From positions 768,001 through 832,000 of the forward strand of contig CAVYQE010000011.1 in assembly GCA_963770565.1 (NCBI GenBank): 64,000 bases of DNA. The letters are read 5' to 3'. The translations under genes and the position numbers were made by a program. Of the stretch, positions 39,885-48,153 are shown piece by piece; positions within the stretch are counted from its first letter, which is position 1; each line of letters starts with the position of its first letter. The notes beneath the pieces are model-generated. The model saw only the letters and a list, made by a program, of their open reading frames with translations, searched no databases and was not told the DNA's origin. Origin of the DNA: an uncultured Actinomycetota bacterium (lineage in GTDB: Bacteria > Actinomycetota > Actinomycetes > JAFAQI01).

Positions 39885-42800
39885 CTAGCCGATGACCTTT
39901 CGCGCCTCGTCGTCCTCGAATGGGTTGTGGTTGTTCGGGGTCGAGTTCGGATCCCGCTGCCCGGCCTTGATCAACTCCGCGGTGGCGGTGGTCGGCAGTT
40001 TGCCCTTGACCACAAGCACGAGACTGAGGGTGACGGTCTTCTCACCGCCGATCGTCCGCACCACCCAGTGGCCGGACGACTTCTGAAACTTGCCGCTGCT
40101 TGCCTTCGCCGATTTCAGTGTCAGACCTCGGGGGACCTTCACCGATACGACGTCCCCAGTCGCGGCGAGCGGATAGGAGTCGTGCAAGGACACCGTCAGG
40201 TGAAGGAGCTTGCCCTTCTTGGCCTTACCCGTGACCTTCATCGTGATGTTCAGGTCTCGCTCCTTGATCAGCGATACGCATGCCTTCCCGATCCCCTTGA
40301 CGCTGCTCGATGCCTGGCTGTGGTTGGAAACGGTTGGGCAGTTGTCCTTGGTATTGACAATGCCGTCATGGTCGGCATCGGCACTCATGGCCTGTTGCCA
40401 CGGATCGATGCCTGGCTCGGTCGAGGTCGAGGCGTCGCTGGTGTCAGCGCGCGCGTGCGCCGCCGATTGTGGGGCCCACGCCCAAGAGTCGACTAGGACT
40501 GGTACCGGCGTGTACTGGAGGCCGGCCCAGTCATCGTGGCTGGTCAACTGGCTGCCCACAGGCACGGGGCTCGAGCAACCGTACGCACCTGAATCGTCCG
40601 ACTGGGACTCGGTGACAGCAGATGTGTCGATCCTGCCGTTGTCGTTCCAATCGATCGGCGTGAAGATTGACGCGGCCAGGAGCCCGCAGCTGCCGGCAAC
40701 GACGTTACCGGCGGAGTTTCGAGTGGGTCCCTGGTAAACAGTCGTCGTCCAGTCGCCGAGCGTGTCCCTCTTCACGGTGCCGGCGATCGCGGCGTTCTCG
40801 TTGAGTGCGCCCTCGTTGAGGCTGGGAAGCGAAGCGCGCGAGTAGTCGAGCGGACGGTTGGGCACGACGTCGCGGTAGAGAAGGTTGTAGTTCATGACAC
40901 TCAGGTAGTTCGGCTTGAAGTTCGTGTCGTCACCGCCACCGTGATGCAGCCCAAGGGTGTGGCCGAACTCGTGCATCATGGTGGCCGCTTGGACTTGCGC
41001 AAGGCAGCTGGCGTAGTCGGTGCACTGGGTTGGCCAGCCACCAGCGACAGCGATGGTTCGCGGCATTCTGAGTGCGTTCGGGTCGCGGCTGCTTCTCATC
41101 GCCGGTCCGAGTGTGATCACCGCGGTTCGGCCGGCGATGTCCGCCTCGCCGGTGACGTTCGGGCCGCCACTCATGGCGTCGCCAAAGAAGATGTAGCGCC
41201 AGATCATGTGCTTAGCGCCGAGAATCTGCCAACAATCTGACGAGTTGCGATCCTCGAGGGACCCAAACACACCGGCGCAGTCGCGGTCGCCATCCCGGAT
41301 GTCGATCAGCTGACTCTGGGTCATCGCATGCTCGCCCGGGCGCGGGCTGACCTCGTCGTCGCTGAGCTTCTCGTCATCCGTGGTCGCACCCAGGTGCAAA
41401 CGGATGCCGGTGTGAGACGGGTCGTTCGTCGCGCTCACCGGGCTGTCTGCAAACGCCTCTTGTACGTCGACAAGCGCCTGCTGCTTCGGTGCGAAGCCAC
41501 GGTAGTAGTCAACCTCCGCAAACAGATCCCGCCGGGTTGGCGATGCGCCGTAGGCCTTGAGGTCGAGGTCGCTCTTGCCGTCTCCGTCAAAGTCGAGGCC
41601 TCGGGTCTCCCACTCGTCACAGATGCCGTCACCGTCAGCATCGTCCGAGGTCTGACCAGCCAGGGGCGCGCAGATCGGCGACACCTCTGAGGTGTTTCCG
41701 TCGGCATCTGTTGCCGTGGCGGAATAGCTGACGAAGACGCCGGGATGAGGGACACCGAAGTAGAACGTGCCGTCGGGCTGAACCGTGGCGGTACCCAACC
41801 AGACCGGCGCCGCGCCCCAACTGTCCACCTGATCCGCCGGCTGGGGATCCGCTGCGATCTGTCCAGCGCTCAAGCCGTAGATGTCCACGACTTCGGATGC
41901 GGTCGAGGCGGGCCGTGGGCTCAACGTCCCGGTGACGATGGTTCCGCCGTAGATGGGCAGTCCGGGGTTGTTCGGCTGGATCGTCGACATGACCGCCGTC
42001 GGGAAGTTGATCGCGCCGTTCGCTCCCTCATCGGCGTCGTGTTCATCGTTCGGTAGCGGCTCGTTCGCATCTACCGGCTTGTCGATGAAAGCGATCGGCA
42101 GCTTCGAGACGTCGAGGATCCAGTTGCCTCGAATCGTGTCGTCGTTCACCGTGCCGTCCAACGCGACGCCGTCGCCCGACGTATCAGCGATGATGTTGCA
42201 CGCGCCGGCGCATACGTCTTGCGGGGTCTGGTCGACCGAGTAGCCGATGACGTTGCCGGAGGCTTGGTTCGTCAAGCTGACACCACTGCCGCCAATGCCG
42301 ACCTTGTTGTCGCCGAGGATCCCGATGGCGTTTCCCTCGATCAGATTCTTCGTCGTGGCACTGCCGTCGAGTAGTACGCCGTCCTTGTTTCCAGCGACCA
42401 CGTTCCCGGAGCCGCTCGCCGTGCCACCGATGACGTTGTTCGGTGAGTTCTCGACCTGGATCGCGTCGTCGGAGTTGTGGAGCTTTCCGCTGCCTGCGGC
42501 ATTCGTGCCGATGTGGTTGCCGGAGACGGTGTTGCCGCCCGGACCGTCGAGGTGAATGCCGGCGCCACCGTTGCCCGAAATCACGTTTCCGGCAGTGCCG
42601 ACGCCGCCGATGGTCACGTTGCTGGGTGCGTCGGTGGTTGCCTCGTAAGGCTCGTAGTAGTAGCCGATACCAGGGCCGCCATTGCCCAGTCCCGGGTCGG
42701 AGTCGGGATCGGTCCCGATGTCGTTCGCTTGGATCACGTCTCCGGTATCCGCGGCACCGTCAAGCCGCAACCCGTCGTGCTTGTTGCCGGAGATCACGTT

Positions 42801-44078
42801 GCCAGCGCCAGGCTCTCCGACGACGACATTCGCCGCGTTGCTCACCCAGGCGCCGATGCCGTTGCCAACCGGGTCGCCCTCCGCGTTAAGACCGATCACG
42901 TTGTTGCTCACCGTCGTGCCGGCGGCGTCGATGTCGAGGCCGAGGTAGGTGAGGGTCGAGGTTGATCCGGGCAGCACCGCGTTGCCGGAAATCAGATTGC
43001 CGTCGTCCGGATCCGGTCCGCCGACCACAACATTCTTCGCGGCACTCGATGAAGCGGAGCCGAAGTACGTCACCAGAACGCCGATGTCGTTGGGTAGTGA
43101 AGACGTACCACTGGCGTCCAGTCCGATGGTGTTGCCTTCCACCAGTGTGCCGTCCCCGCCCGTCGCGATGACGATGCCGGGAGCGTCGTTGCCGCTGATG
43201 ATGTTGCGGTCAGCGGCTTGCGGTCCACCGATCACGGAGTTCGCATCGGCGATCTCGATGCCGGCGCTGTTCTGGCCGAAGTCGCCGTTGGGAGCGGCGT
43301 TTCCGCCGCTCGGATCCGTGCCGATCCGGCAGCCGGTCACGATGTTGTGTCCGACTCCGCCGGTCAGCAGGATGCCGATGTTGGCAAAGTTGTCGACGGT
43401 GAGGTTCTCGATGGTGGAGTTGCCGCCCTCGATGGTGAGCGCCGGATCTTGGTTGCCGGACTCGGCCGAACCTGAGATCGCGGTTGCGCTCGCGGTGCCT
43501 CCGTCGATGATGACGGGCTCGGTGATGGCCGGCAGTGTCGAGGTCGGTGCGACCGTCGCGACGCTGAAGGTGATGGTGTCCTTGTCCGTCGACGCGTTCG
43601 CCTCCTGAATAGCGGCACGCAACGTGCAACCGCCGCCGTCGAGTGCATCCACCGCGCAGACCCCGTCCCCGACATCGGCATCGGGTTGGTCAGCATCGGA
43701 ATCCACCACGAATGTCTGAGGTCCGGCATCCGCCTCGGGACGCGCCACCGCTGCGTTGACTGCGGGCGGAACAACCGGCTTCGCGATGCCCCGCTGCGGC
43801 AGCCGCGTGAGCGTGAACTGCTTGTTGAACTTGCCGAGGTCGTAATCAGGCAGGGCACGGTCATCGGCGCGCATCCTGGCCGTTTCTGGAGCCAGGTGAG
43901 TGGCAGGCGTTGCCGCCGACGGGTTGACCCGTGCGACCGAATCGACGGTCGTGACGTGTCTGGCTCCAGGGTGCGTCGGGTGAGCCGTTCCACGTTCGGC
44001 CTGCGCCGCCGGTGCCGCGATCGTGCTACTCACGCACGCGGCGACGATCATCGTCGAGGTGCGCCGGTAAAGCCTCAT
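39885..44078 (-). CDS. Large secreted multidomain protein (CSLREA-like, beta-helix, zinc metallopeptidase, TSP3, DUF11-like)
   Basis: CTLRAAIQEAN, NxISGN repeats, DADGDGICDEWE, HEFGHTLGLHH with YLSVMNY Met-turn, DHDGIVNTKDNCP, DPNSTPNN. Confidence 0.85.
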   Translation of the reverse strand: MRLYRRTSTMIVAACVSSTIAAPAAQAERGTAHPTHPGARHVTTVDSVARVNPSAATPATHLAPETARMRADDRALPDYDLGKFNKQFTLTRLPQRGIAKPVVPPAVNAAVARPEADAGPQTFVVDSDADQPDADVGDGVCAVDALDGGGCTLRAAIQEANASTDKDTITFSVATVAPTSTLPAITEPVIIDGGTASATAISGSAESGNQDPALTIEGGNSTIENLTVDNFANIGILLTGGVGHNIVTGCRIGTDPSGGNAAPNGDFGQNSAGIEIADANSVIGGPQAADRNIISGNDAPGIVIATGGDGTLVEGNTIGLDASGTSSLPNDIGVLVTYFGSASSSAAKNVVVGGPDPDDGNLISGNAVLPGSTSTLTYLGLDIDAAGTTVSNNVIGLNAEGDPVGNGIGAWVSNAANVVVGEPGAGNVISGNKHDGLRLDGAADTGDVIQANDIGTDPDSDPGLGNGGPGIGYYYEPYEATTDAPSNVTIGGVGTAGNVISGNGGAGIHLDGPGGNTVSGNHIGTNAAGSGKLHNSDDAIQVENSPNNVIGGTASGSGNVVAGNKDGVLLDGSATTKNLIEGNAIGILGDNKVGIGGSGVSLTNQASGNVIGYSVDQTPQDVCAGACNIIADTSGDGVALDGTVNDDTIRGNWILDVSKLPIAFIDKPVDANEPLPNDEHDADEGANGAINFPTAVMSTIQPNNPGLPIYGGTIVTGTLSPRPASTASEVVDIYGLSAGQIAADPQPADQVDSWGAAPVWLGTATVQPDGTFYFGVPHPGVFVSYSATATDADGNTSEVSPICAPLAGQTSDDADGDGICDEWETRGLDFDGDGKSDLDLKAYGASPTRRDLFAEVDYYRGFAPKQQALVDVQEAFADSPVSATNDPSHTGIRLHLGATTDDEKLSDDEVSPRPGEHAMTQSQLIDIRDGDRDCAGVFGSLEDRNSSDCWQILGAKHMIWRYIFFGDAMSGGPNVTGEADIAGRTAVITLGPAMRSSRDPNALRMPRTIAVAGGWPTQCTDYASCLAQVQAATMMHEFGHTLGLHHGGGDDTNFKPNYLSVMNYNLLYRDVVPNRPLDYSRASLPSLNEGALNENAAIAGTVKRDTLGDWTTTVYQGPTRNSAGNVVAGSCGLLAASIFTPIDWNDNGRIDTSAVTESQSDDSGAYGCSSPVPVGSQLTSHDDWAGLQYTPVPVLVDSWAWAPQSAAHARADTSDASTSTEPGIDPWQQAMSADADHDGIVNTKDNCPTVSNHSQASSSVKGIGKACVSLIKERDLNITMKVTGKAKKGKLLHLTVSLHDSYPLAATGDVVSVKVPRGLTLKSAKASSGKFQKSSGHWVVRTIGGEKTVTLSLVLVVKGKLPTTATAELIKAGQRDPNSTPNNHNPFEDDEARKVIG

Positions 44079-44179
44079 GAGTAGACCCCATTCCTCATCG
44101 CGATCAGCCCGGATCGACGGCTTCGCTCACTGCGGACTGTTGCATAGCCGCAGTCGCGAGGTCCGAGACTCCCGCCATC

Positions 44180-44566
44180 TCAGCCGTCGTACCCTGCCAC
44201 GGATCGCCAGTGGACTCGCGCTTCTGCGACCTCAACGGCAACAAGCAATCTGGCAGAGGATGGCCTCCAACGCTCACCACAGGCCAGATCGGGACAGCCC
44301 TCCCAGCGAACCGCGTAGACGTCATCTGACCCGGCGAAGGGCGTGCGATAGAGCGCGATCTTGCGCTGCGCGGATGAGTGCGCGTCGGCGGGTCCTTGGT
44401 TGCCGACGAACAGGGCGTCCTGCGATGGATCATCCAATACGACGGAGCCGCCGGTGATGCCGAGTACGCGATGAAGTCTTGAGTTCTCAGCCTTGACTGA
44501 CGCGAGCTCGGCGCGAAGTCTCGCGATCTCGTCGGCGGCGCTGATCGCGCCTGTGGCTTCACCCAT
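44180..44566 (-). pseudogene. Truncated second copy of the AEP-helicase gene (N-terminus only)
   Basis: ARLRAELASVKAENSRLH..PSQDALFVG..RKIALYRTPFAGSDDVYAVRWE matches the start of 20416..22776, then similarity stops. Confidence 0.85.
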
Positions 44567-44582
44567 GTGCCAGTTCGCCGTC

Positions 44583-44937
44583 CTACCTCTTGAGTCGGTC
44601 GGCACAACACTTGGCTCTGGCAACCACTCGATCCAGGAGGATGGACGGCAGCGGGCTGTCGAGTTCGGTGATGCTCGGGGTCGGCGCGCACGGTGGCGAA
44701 CGCGTCAGGTGCGACCTCGCACATCGATTGAACTTGGGCCAGCAGTTGGTCGGCGTCGACACGCAAGGCGGAGGCGGCATCGATCCAATCGTCGGCGTTG
44801 ATCCGCGGTGCCGGGTACTTGCCACCAACCTTCATCGCGAGCTTGATCTTCGGTTCGTAGAAGTCGGGATACGGCAGTGCGCTGCCGATTACGTAGAACG
44901 GCGCCAACCTCACCTGCCGACCTGACAGCAACAGTGC
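44583..44937 (-). pseudogene. HipA-like kinase toxin C-terminal remnant
   Basis: LLLSGRQVRLAPFYVIGSALPY..KLAMKVGG matches the HipA RLAPxYD region; frameshift near 44680; cut off at att arm G. Confidence 0.75.
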
Positions 44938-45237
44938 ATCTTGGTTGCTCTGTGGTTGCTCCCAGAATATTTCAGCGGCCAACTCAACCGCATGAGGACA
45001 CCGCGGGGGACTGCGTTTGTGCAGGTCAGGGCGCTCTCCTGGCGCTAGACGGCGCGGTTGCGCTCTACTTCAACAAAAGGGCGAACTCAGTCGGCGAGAA
45101 GAGCATCTCCGCAGGTCGGGGGCATGATCAACGATCATGAAAAACCGGGGCTTAGATGTCGTAATAGAGCGCGAGGAAGGGCTCTGATCTGGATGTACAC
45201 CCTCCGCAGCCGCCGGCCGGGGCACAACTGGGGCACA
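44938..45237 (+). repeat. att-like junction G (left arm, core, different right arm)
   Basis: GGTTGCTC at 44943/44954; GCAGGTC x2; CATGATC-AAC-GATCATG; core TTAGATGTCGTAATAGAGCGC (45152-45172); GGGGCACA pair at 45219/45230. Confidence 0.88.
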
Positions 45238-45354
45238 GGAGCGGTGCAGCTTGTCGCGTGCATGCTCCCTATAACAACGACGCTGCCTCGGGGTCATGTC
45301 ATGAACTGTTCTCGAGATCGCACATCGCTTCCGGTGCTCGCTCGCTTCGTTGAC

Positions 45355-45996
45355 GGGATGGCGGTGATGGGTACCACGATCGATGTCGTGCTCGCTAAGC
45401 CGAACCCGACACCGGCCGAGCTGATATCGATGAGCGTCGAGGTGCGCCGGGCCGTCGAGCACGCGGAGCGACTGATCGACGCCCTACTGGTACTCGCACG
45501 CACCGACCAGGCCCGTGCGCTCACGGACCCGCTAGACCTGGCCGTCGTCGCCGAGGATGCGCTGGAAGGGCGTACCACTGACGGCATCACCACGACCGCC
45601 GCCCTCAACGAGGCCCCCGTGGCCGGCGACCGGGTGCTGCTGGAACGGCTCGTCACCAACCTGCTCGACAACGCCGAGCGTTACAACGTCGCCGGCGGCA
45701 CCATCGCGATCTCGACCATGATCGACAACGGCGCGACATCCATGTTGCGCGTGGTCAACACCGGCCCGAAGGTCCCGGCCGACATGGTCGAACGCCTCTT
45801 CCAGCCCTTCACCCGGCTCAACGACCGCGTCCGCCACGACGGCTTCGGGCTAGGCCTCACCCTCGTCTCGTCGATCGCCGCGGTGCATGGCGGCACGGTG
45901 GCCGCCACTGCTCAGCCCACCGGAGGCCTGGACATCAGGGTCTACCTGCCCCGCCGCGGCCACGTCACCGTGGCAACCACCGCAGCATTCACCTGA
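45355..45996 (+). pseudogene. Sensor histidine kinase fragment lacking the H-box
   Basis: NLLDNAERYN, NTG, FQPF, GFGLGL HATPase boxes; RFV is followed by DGMAVM with the HELRTP segment missing. Confidence 0.75.
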
Positions 45997-46401
45997 ACAC
46001 ACACGGGTTGACCCGCCGTACGCCGCTAGCGTCGCGTCCCGGGTCGAGCGCGCCGATGGCGGACCCTGGGGCCCCCGCTCACATCCTCAGACGGGAGGCT
46101 AGGCCCGTTGACTCGCCGGCGAGTCTCGTCGCGAATTCCTCGGATTACGTCGATTGATTTTCCGGCGGGGTCCTCCAGGTGCAAATCCTCGAAGTGTTTT
46201 GCCTAGGGATCAGTGCGGCGTCAACGGCGAGCAGGAGCTCGCCAACCACCGAGCGCATGCTCGCCGCGCTCGACCGCTCCCGGGACCGACCCCGGGCCGA
46301 TCCCATTAGTAGGCCCCTTTTCGGAGCGCAGCGGCCTTGGCCTCGCCGGGTTAGGTCTATGGGTCCGGATCCTTCATCGCGCAACTGACCGGATCGGGTG
46401 C

Positions 46402-46430
46402 TTGCACTATTGCGGTTTGGCAGGAATGAT
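46402..46430 (+). promoter_or_regulatory. Sigma-70-type promoter candidate for the riboswitch-Ehr operon
   Basis: TTGCAC-N17-AATGAT ends 8 nt before the aptamer. Confidence 0.45.
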
Positions 46431-46438
46431 GCGCCCTA

Positions 46439-46489
46439 GGCGATGAGGCTCGCCTTTGCCCGCGGTTCGCCCCGCTGATGGCCTCTACC
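46439..46489 (+). ncRNA. Fluoride (crcB) riboswitch 1
   Basis: GGCGA-TGAGGC-TCGCC...GCTGATG-GCCTC-TAC: P1 GGCGA/TCGCC and pseudoknot GAGGC/GCCTC pair perfectly. Confidence 0.9.
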
Positions 46490-46533
46490 GAGCAGCGCCA
46501 ACGTCATGTTGGCGTCGGTAGAGGAGGACCGTC

Positions 46534-47487
46534 GTGATTGCACCGGCGGTGGCTCAGGCCGCGCAGGTCGTCACGGTTGCCGTCGGCGCGCCGTGGATCT
46601 CCGGCGTGATCGCCCGGGTTGAAGCACGGCTGCAAGGTCGCCGGGGGCCGCGGGTGCTGCAGCCATATTTCGACCTGGCGAAGTTGTTCCGCAAGGAGTC
46701 TCTTGCGCCTGATGGCGCGAGCTGGATTTTCCTCGCGGCCCCGTTCATTGCGTTCGTGGCTTATCTCACGGTCCCGTTCCTGATCCCGGTCCTGACGAAC
46801 TTTCCGCTGCCGTTCGGGTCCATGGGCGACATTCTCGGCGGTGGGCTGATCCTCGCGTTGGGTAGCTTCTTCACCGCGACCGCAGCGGCGGAGACGTCGT
46901 CGCCGTACGCGCAGATCGGTGCTTCTCGGGCCAAGACGTTCTCTGCTCTTGCGGAGCCGACGCTGCTGCTCGTGTTTGTCGCTGTCGCGACGATTACCTC
47001 AACGGACCTTCCGTACGCGTTGGCCAAGACTGTGCATCATTCGACCGCGCAGATCGTGCGCCCTGGGCATCTGCTCGCTGCCGCGGCGTTGTTGTGTGTG
47101 ATCCTGTTCGAGACTGGTCGGATCCCGATCGAGGGCCACCATGGCACCAACGAGTTCGGGTTCATCGACGAGGGCAAGCCGTTCGAGCACTCGGGCCCGT
47201 ATTACGCACTGCTGACCTGGGCGTCGCACATCAAGCAGATGGTGCTCTACGTGATCTTCCTTGATGTGTTCCTGGTCCCATGGGGCCTGGCCGGTACTCG
47301 CGGGGTGGGCCCGCTGCTGCTGGCGGTCCCGATCATTCTCGGCAAGTGTGCAGGTCTTGGCGTCGTCGTAGCGGTCATCGACAACACCTGGGCGAAGCTT
47401 CGCCTGTACAAGATCACTGAGTTCCTCGCGGCGGCGTTCCTGCTCGCCGTTCTTTCGACGTTCACGTTGACGTTCGGAGGTGGCTGA
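46534..47487 (+). CDS. Ehr/hydrogenase-4 membrane subunit (HyfC/HycD, NuoH-like)
   Basis: ARLQGRRGP, QPYFDLAKLFRKE, GASR, ETGRIP, EHSGP. Confidence 0.9.
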   Translation: MIAPAVAQAAQVVTVAVGAPWISGVIARVEARLQGRRGPRVLQPYFDLAKLFRKESLAPDGASWIFLAAPFIAFVAYLTVPFLIPVLTNFPLPFGSMGDILGGGLILALGSFFTATAAAETSSPYAQIGASRAKTFSALAEPTLLLVFVAVATITSTDLPYALAKTVHHSTAQIVRPGHLLAAAALLCVILFETGRIPIEGHHGTNEFGFIDEGKPFEHSGPYYALLTWASHIKQMVLYVIFLDVFLVPWGLAGTRGVGPLLLAVPIILGKCAGLGVVVAVIDNTWAKLRLYKITEFLAAAFLLAVLSTFTLTFGGG

Positions 47488-48152
47488 TGCATCCGGTTCC
47501 GACCGTTTTCCAAGGCACCAGTAACACGATTGCGGTGCTCGTGCTGCTGACCGAGTTCGCGATGCTGCGCGCCGACCTGCTGCGGGCGCAGCTTCGGCTG
47601 TACGCCGCGCAGTCGCTGTTGTTGTCGGTGCTTGCGGTCGTGGTGGCAGCCAGCCGGCACGTCCCCGAGCTGTACGTGCTTGCGGGCCTTTCGTTCCTGC
47701 TCAAGGTCATCGTGGTGCCGACCGTGGTGACCCGGTTGCTCCGTAACACGTCGACCGAGATCGCGGGCAGCGGTGCGCTCGGGGTCGCCAGCGAGATCCT
47801 GGTCGCCCTCATTGTTGCGGCCTTTGGCTTCTTCGCGATAGGAGCGCTCAATCTCAACTCGGCGGTGCTGCCGAGGACGGCGTTGTCCCTGGCGTTCGCG
47901 GTGGTGCTGGTTGCGTTCGTGCTGATCATCGTGCGCAGCGACCTGATTTCGCAGGCGGTCGGGTTCTTTTCGCTCGAGAACGGGGTGTCGCTGTCCAGTC
48001 TGGTCGTGGCAAGTGGCCTCCCGCTCATCCTCGAGGTGGCGTTTCTCTTCGACCTGCTCGTGGCCGTAGTGATCTTCGGCGTGCTCGCTCGGGTCACGCA
48101 CGGTCGTTCAGGGACTCTTTCAACCTCGCTGCTCAACGAGCTGCGGGGCTGA
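47487..48152 (+). CDS. Ehr/hydrogenase-4 subunit HyfE-like
   Basis: QSLLL, KVIVVP, SQAVGFFSLENG, PLILE..FD. Confidence 0.88.
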   Translation: MHPVPTVFQGTSNTIAVLVLLTEFAMLRADLLRAQLRLYAAQSLLLSVLAVVVAASRHVPELYVLAGLSFLLKVIVVPTVVTRLLRNTSTEIAGSGALGVASEILVALIVAAFGFFAIGALNLNSAVLPRTALSLAFAVVLVAFVLIIVRSDLISQAVGFFSLENGVSLSSLVVASGLPLILEVAFLFDLLVAVVIFGVLARVTHGRSGTLSTSLLNELRG

Positions 48153-48153
48153 G

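Noticed and set aside
20332-44961. GGTTGCTC repeats as a CRISPR array
   Set aside because: They are 8-bp pairs separated by kilobases, with no regular spacers and no cas genes.
44104-44982. 292-aa ORF as a real gene
   Set aside because: It starts inside att arm G and runs through HipA and out-of-frame helicase remnants.
30210-45237. Classical integron attC sites
   Set aside because: No RYYYAAC/GTTRRRY ends or long imperfect hairpin, and no IntI; the layout is arm-core-arm.
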